Positions 61,844-64,000 of a DNA stretch of 64,000 nucleotides are shown here, piece by piece. The stretch is taken from the NCBI GenBank assembly GCA_043228905.1, contig JBHGNT010000009.1, positions 1,178,001 to 1,242,000 of the forward strand, written 5' to 3'. A program made the position numbers and the translations under genes. Every line of letters starts with the position of its first letter. The first letter of the stretch is position 1. The DNA comes from Azolla caroliniana (lineage: Eukaryota > Plantae > Polypodiophyta). A model generated the notes under the pieces. It did no database searches. It worked only from the letters and a program-made list of their open reading frames with translations, and was not told the origin of the DNA.

Positions 61844-64000
61844 TGTCGCGTCGTTACGCGCGTGCGTGGAGAAAGGCGGGACCACGGGGGTCTTGGACGA
61901 GGGAGTGATGGAGCGTAGAAGGTCGTGCTTCACCGTTCCTGGGGCATCCTAGAAACACACCGGAAGCAACCGAAGGGAGAAGGAGAGAGAGAGCGTGCTT
62001 AACACCGACTCATGCACACACACACAACCCGGCTCATGCCTTATGTACAGAAGACGCAGGAAAAGGGGTAGCACCCGACACCAACAAAGACGCCAATATA
62101 CACAGATAGATGCAACGTATATATATATATATATATAGAAGAATACATTCCCGGCTTCGAGCCGGACCAAGGCAGGTTACAGTAGTCATCAGCTGCCAAG
62201 CCGCCGGTCGGGGAGCTCACGGGCTCGTTGCGCCGAGCGGGGTCTTACACAGGAGATGAGCTGCAACAAACCCTAAATGAATACGAAGGAGAAGAAGAAG
62301 AAGAAGCTAACCCTAAACCTAATGGTATACCCTCTAATGCAAAATGGGCAACCCTCTCACAGAGGGCGTTCCCTTCCTTTTATAGAACAAGGACAGGGAT
62401 GCGTTACAATGTGGGACAAATCCCGCCTTACATGGGATCGTCTGCCCCGATTTGACTACTCTTCGGCGCCATAAAGGCGCCCTCGATATTCACACTAAAT
62501 GTACATGGGTGCGTACACACGCTGCACCCCGCCGATGTAGCAAATGTTTTCCGATTTCCGCCTCTGACCGAAATTCTTCACGACATCCGCCCCCACCTAA
62601 CCGCACATCCACCGGTTCAAGGGTGAGATTTTTCGGCCGGTGAGAAACCGGTCTTCCGTGATCCGCATCTCGGCATGCTGCCGGTTTGATCCGTCGGCTT
62701 CGAGTCTTCCTTCGCGCTCGCCTCCCCGTAGGCTCGTTCGACCCGTCGATGGGTCCTCTGCCGCGATCTTCGTAGTACGCGTATTTCCGTTGGCCCTTGT
62801 TTGGCCGTATGAACGCCCCGCTTCCCGCCGTATGCCCGATGTCCTCCGCTTGAGGCATGCCCGTAGTGGCCTGCTTGGCCTTCGTTGTCCAATCGCGATG
62901 TCCCGATGGTGTTTCCTATTGCCTTCGTCATTCCGCCGCCACCTCCCTTCTCCACGGTCTTACATCGCCGCGTCGGCTCGAACCGCCATGGTCTCCAGAA
63001 CGGTGTGGGGATCCCTTTCCGGTCTTCTCCGCGATACCTCCGAACCGCGCAACCTATCTCCACATTCACCTTTCCGCTCCGGCACCTCCGTGTGCCATGT
63101 ACCCTCGCCCGTTGTTTGACACCGCTTGTGTCGCACTCCTTGTTGGCCCCCTTTCCGGCTAGATCGTGCATCGCCGCTCACCCGCATACCGGTGTCCTTT
63201 GCATCCGAGGAACACCCCGGAGTAGCCCGCTTGACCCTTCTCGTCTTCGTGCTGCCGCGATAGGTCCTGAGTCTTCCGCTTGCCGTCGTCCCCTCGCCCC
63301 CACTAGCTTGTCATCCCGGCTTGCCGTGTCAGTCTTCACTACTTCGACAGAGCTACCGAGATCTACGAAGCGAGTGTGGAGGATCCTCCTCCGGCCTCTC
63401 TTGCCATCCCCTGACTCCGACCCTGTGTAGTCCACTAGGCACTCGTCACCTCGTTCCCGGCACCTCCCTTGTGGCGTCTTCCGCTTCCTTTGTTCGGCCC
63501 CGCCCGCGCCGAACACCGTCCTGTAGTCACGCTTCGATCCGGCCCGCGATGGCCACTTGCGAGACTCTTGTTCTATCCCGGGTGTGCCTTTCTGGTCCAA
63601 CACACCTCCCCGTGTTTGCCCCTACCGGCTCCTTCCGAATCCTCGTGTCGTCGGGTCCCGTTCCCTGCTGCCACCGTCCTTCTCCCTCGGTCTCACGTTG
63701 CCACGTTGGCCGAACTGCCGGAGTCTCCGGATCGGTGTGAGGGTTCCATAGGACCGGACTCCGTTTCTATGCTTGCCGAAATTCGGGTGACTTTTGTTTG
63801 AGTCCCTCCCGGACTCTCCTCGTGTCTTCCGCGTAGTTGGGTCCCGTTTCCCGCCGCCACCAACCTTCTCTCTCGGTCTCATGTTGCCACGTTGGCCGAA
63901 CTGCCGGAGTCTCTGGTTAAGTGTGGGGATCCCGTAGGACCGGACTTCCTTGCGCCCATTTTCTTTGTCACCTCGCCGCCACCGTCAGTATCTTGGTCTT
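61844..64000 (-). mobile_element. Second copy of Gag-only element D (3' LTR 61844-62585 plus internal region; runs off the window)
   Basis: Reverse complement of ~29080-31288; flanking 4-mer GCGT. Confidence 0.92.

Overview
Eukaryotic, gene-free transposon nest. The element types (plant-type tRNA-Trp primer sites, a Tcn1-like chromovirus, an RTEX-like LINE) suggest a seed-free land plant such as a bryophyte, lycophyte or fern; this is inference. No cellular gene is supported. The core is a six-level nest read from target-site duplications (TSDs) and junctions: chromovirus relic (54211-55155) < D-type LTR (53597-54210) < Ty3 element A (~16451-53596) < chromovirus (22543-47762, TSD CCGTT) < Ty3 element B (31582-45542) < Ty3 element C (33711-41001). 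A Gag-only derivative D, a Copia solo LTR and a full-length LINE are further inserts. Around the nest lie Copia relics, a hAT relic, a TIR element and a palindromic foldback element. Main highlights: (1) a tRNA-Trp-primed Ty3 family ('W') makes 4-bp TSDs, and all 8 readable target sites have a central CpG; (2) three diverged chromovirus-type LTRs share a layout of antisense tRNA-like Pol III A/B boxes, heat-shock elements, TATA and a Tf1-type self-primer, with covariation between primer and PBS; (3) two -1 frameshift cassettes, a stop codon shared by two pol genes, and a UGA-CGG ORF1/ORF2 junction in the LINE. All calls were made by eye, without database searches.
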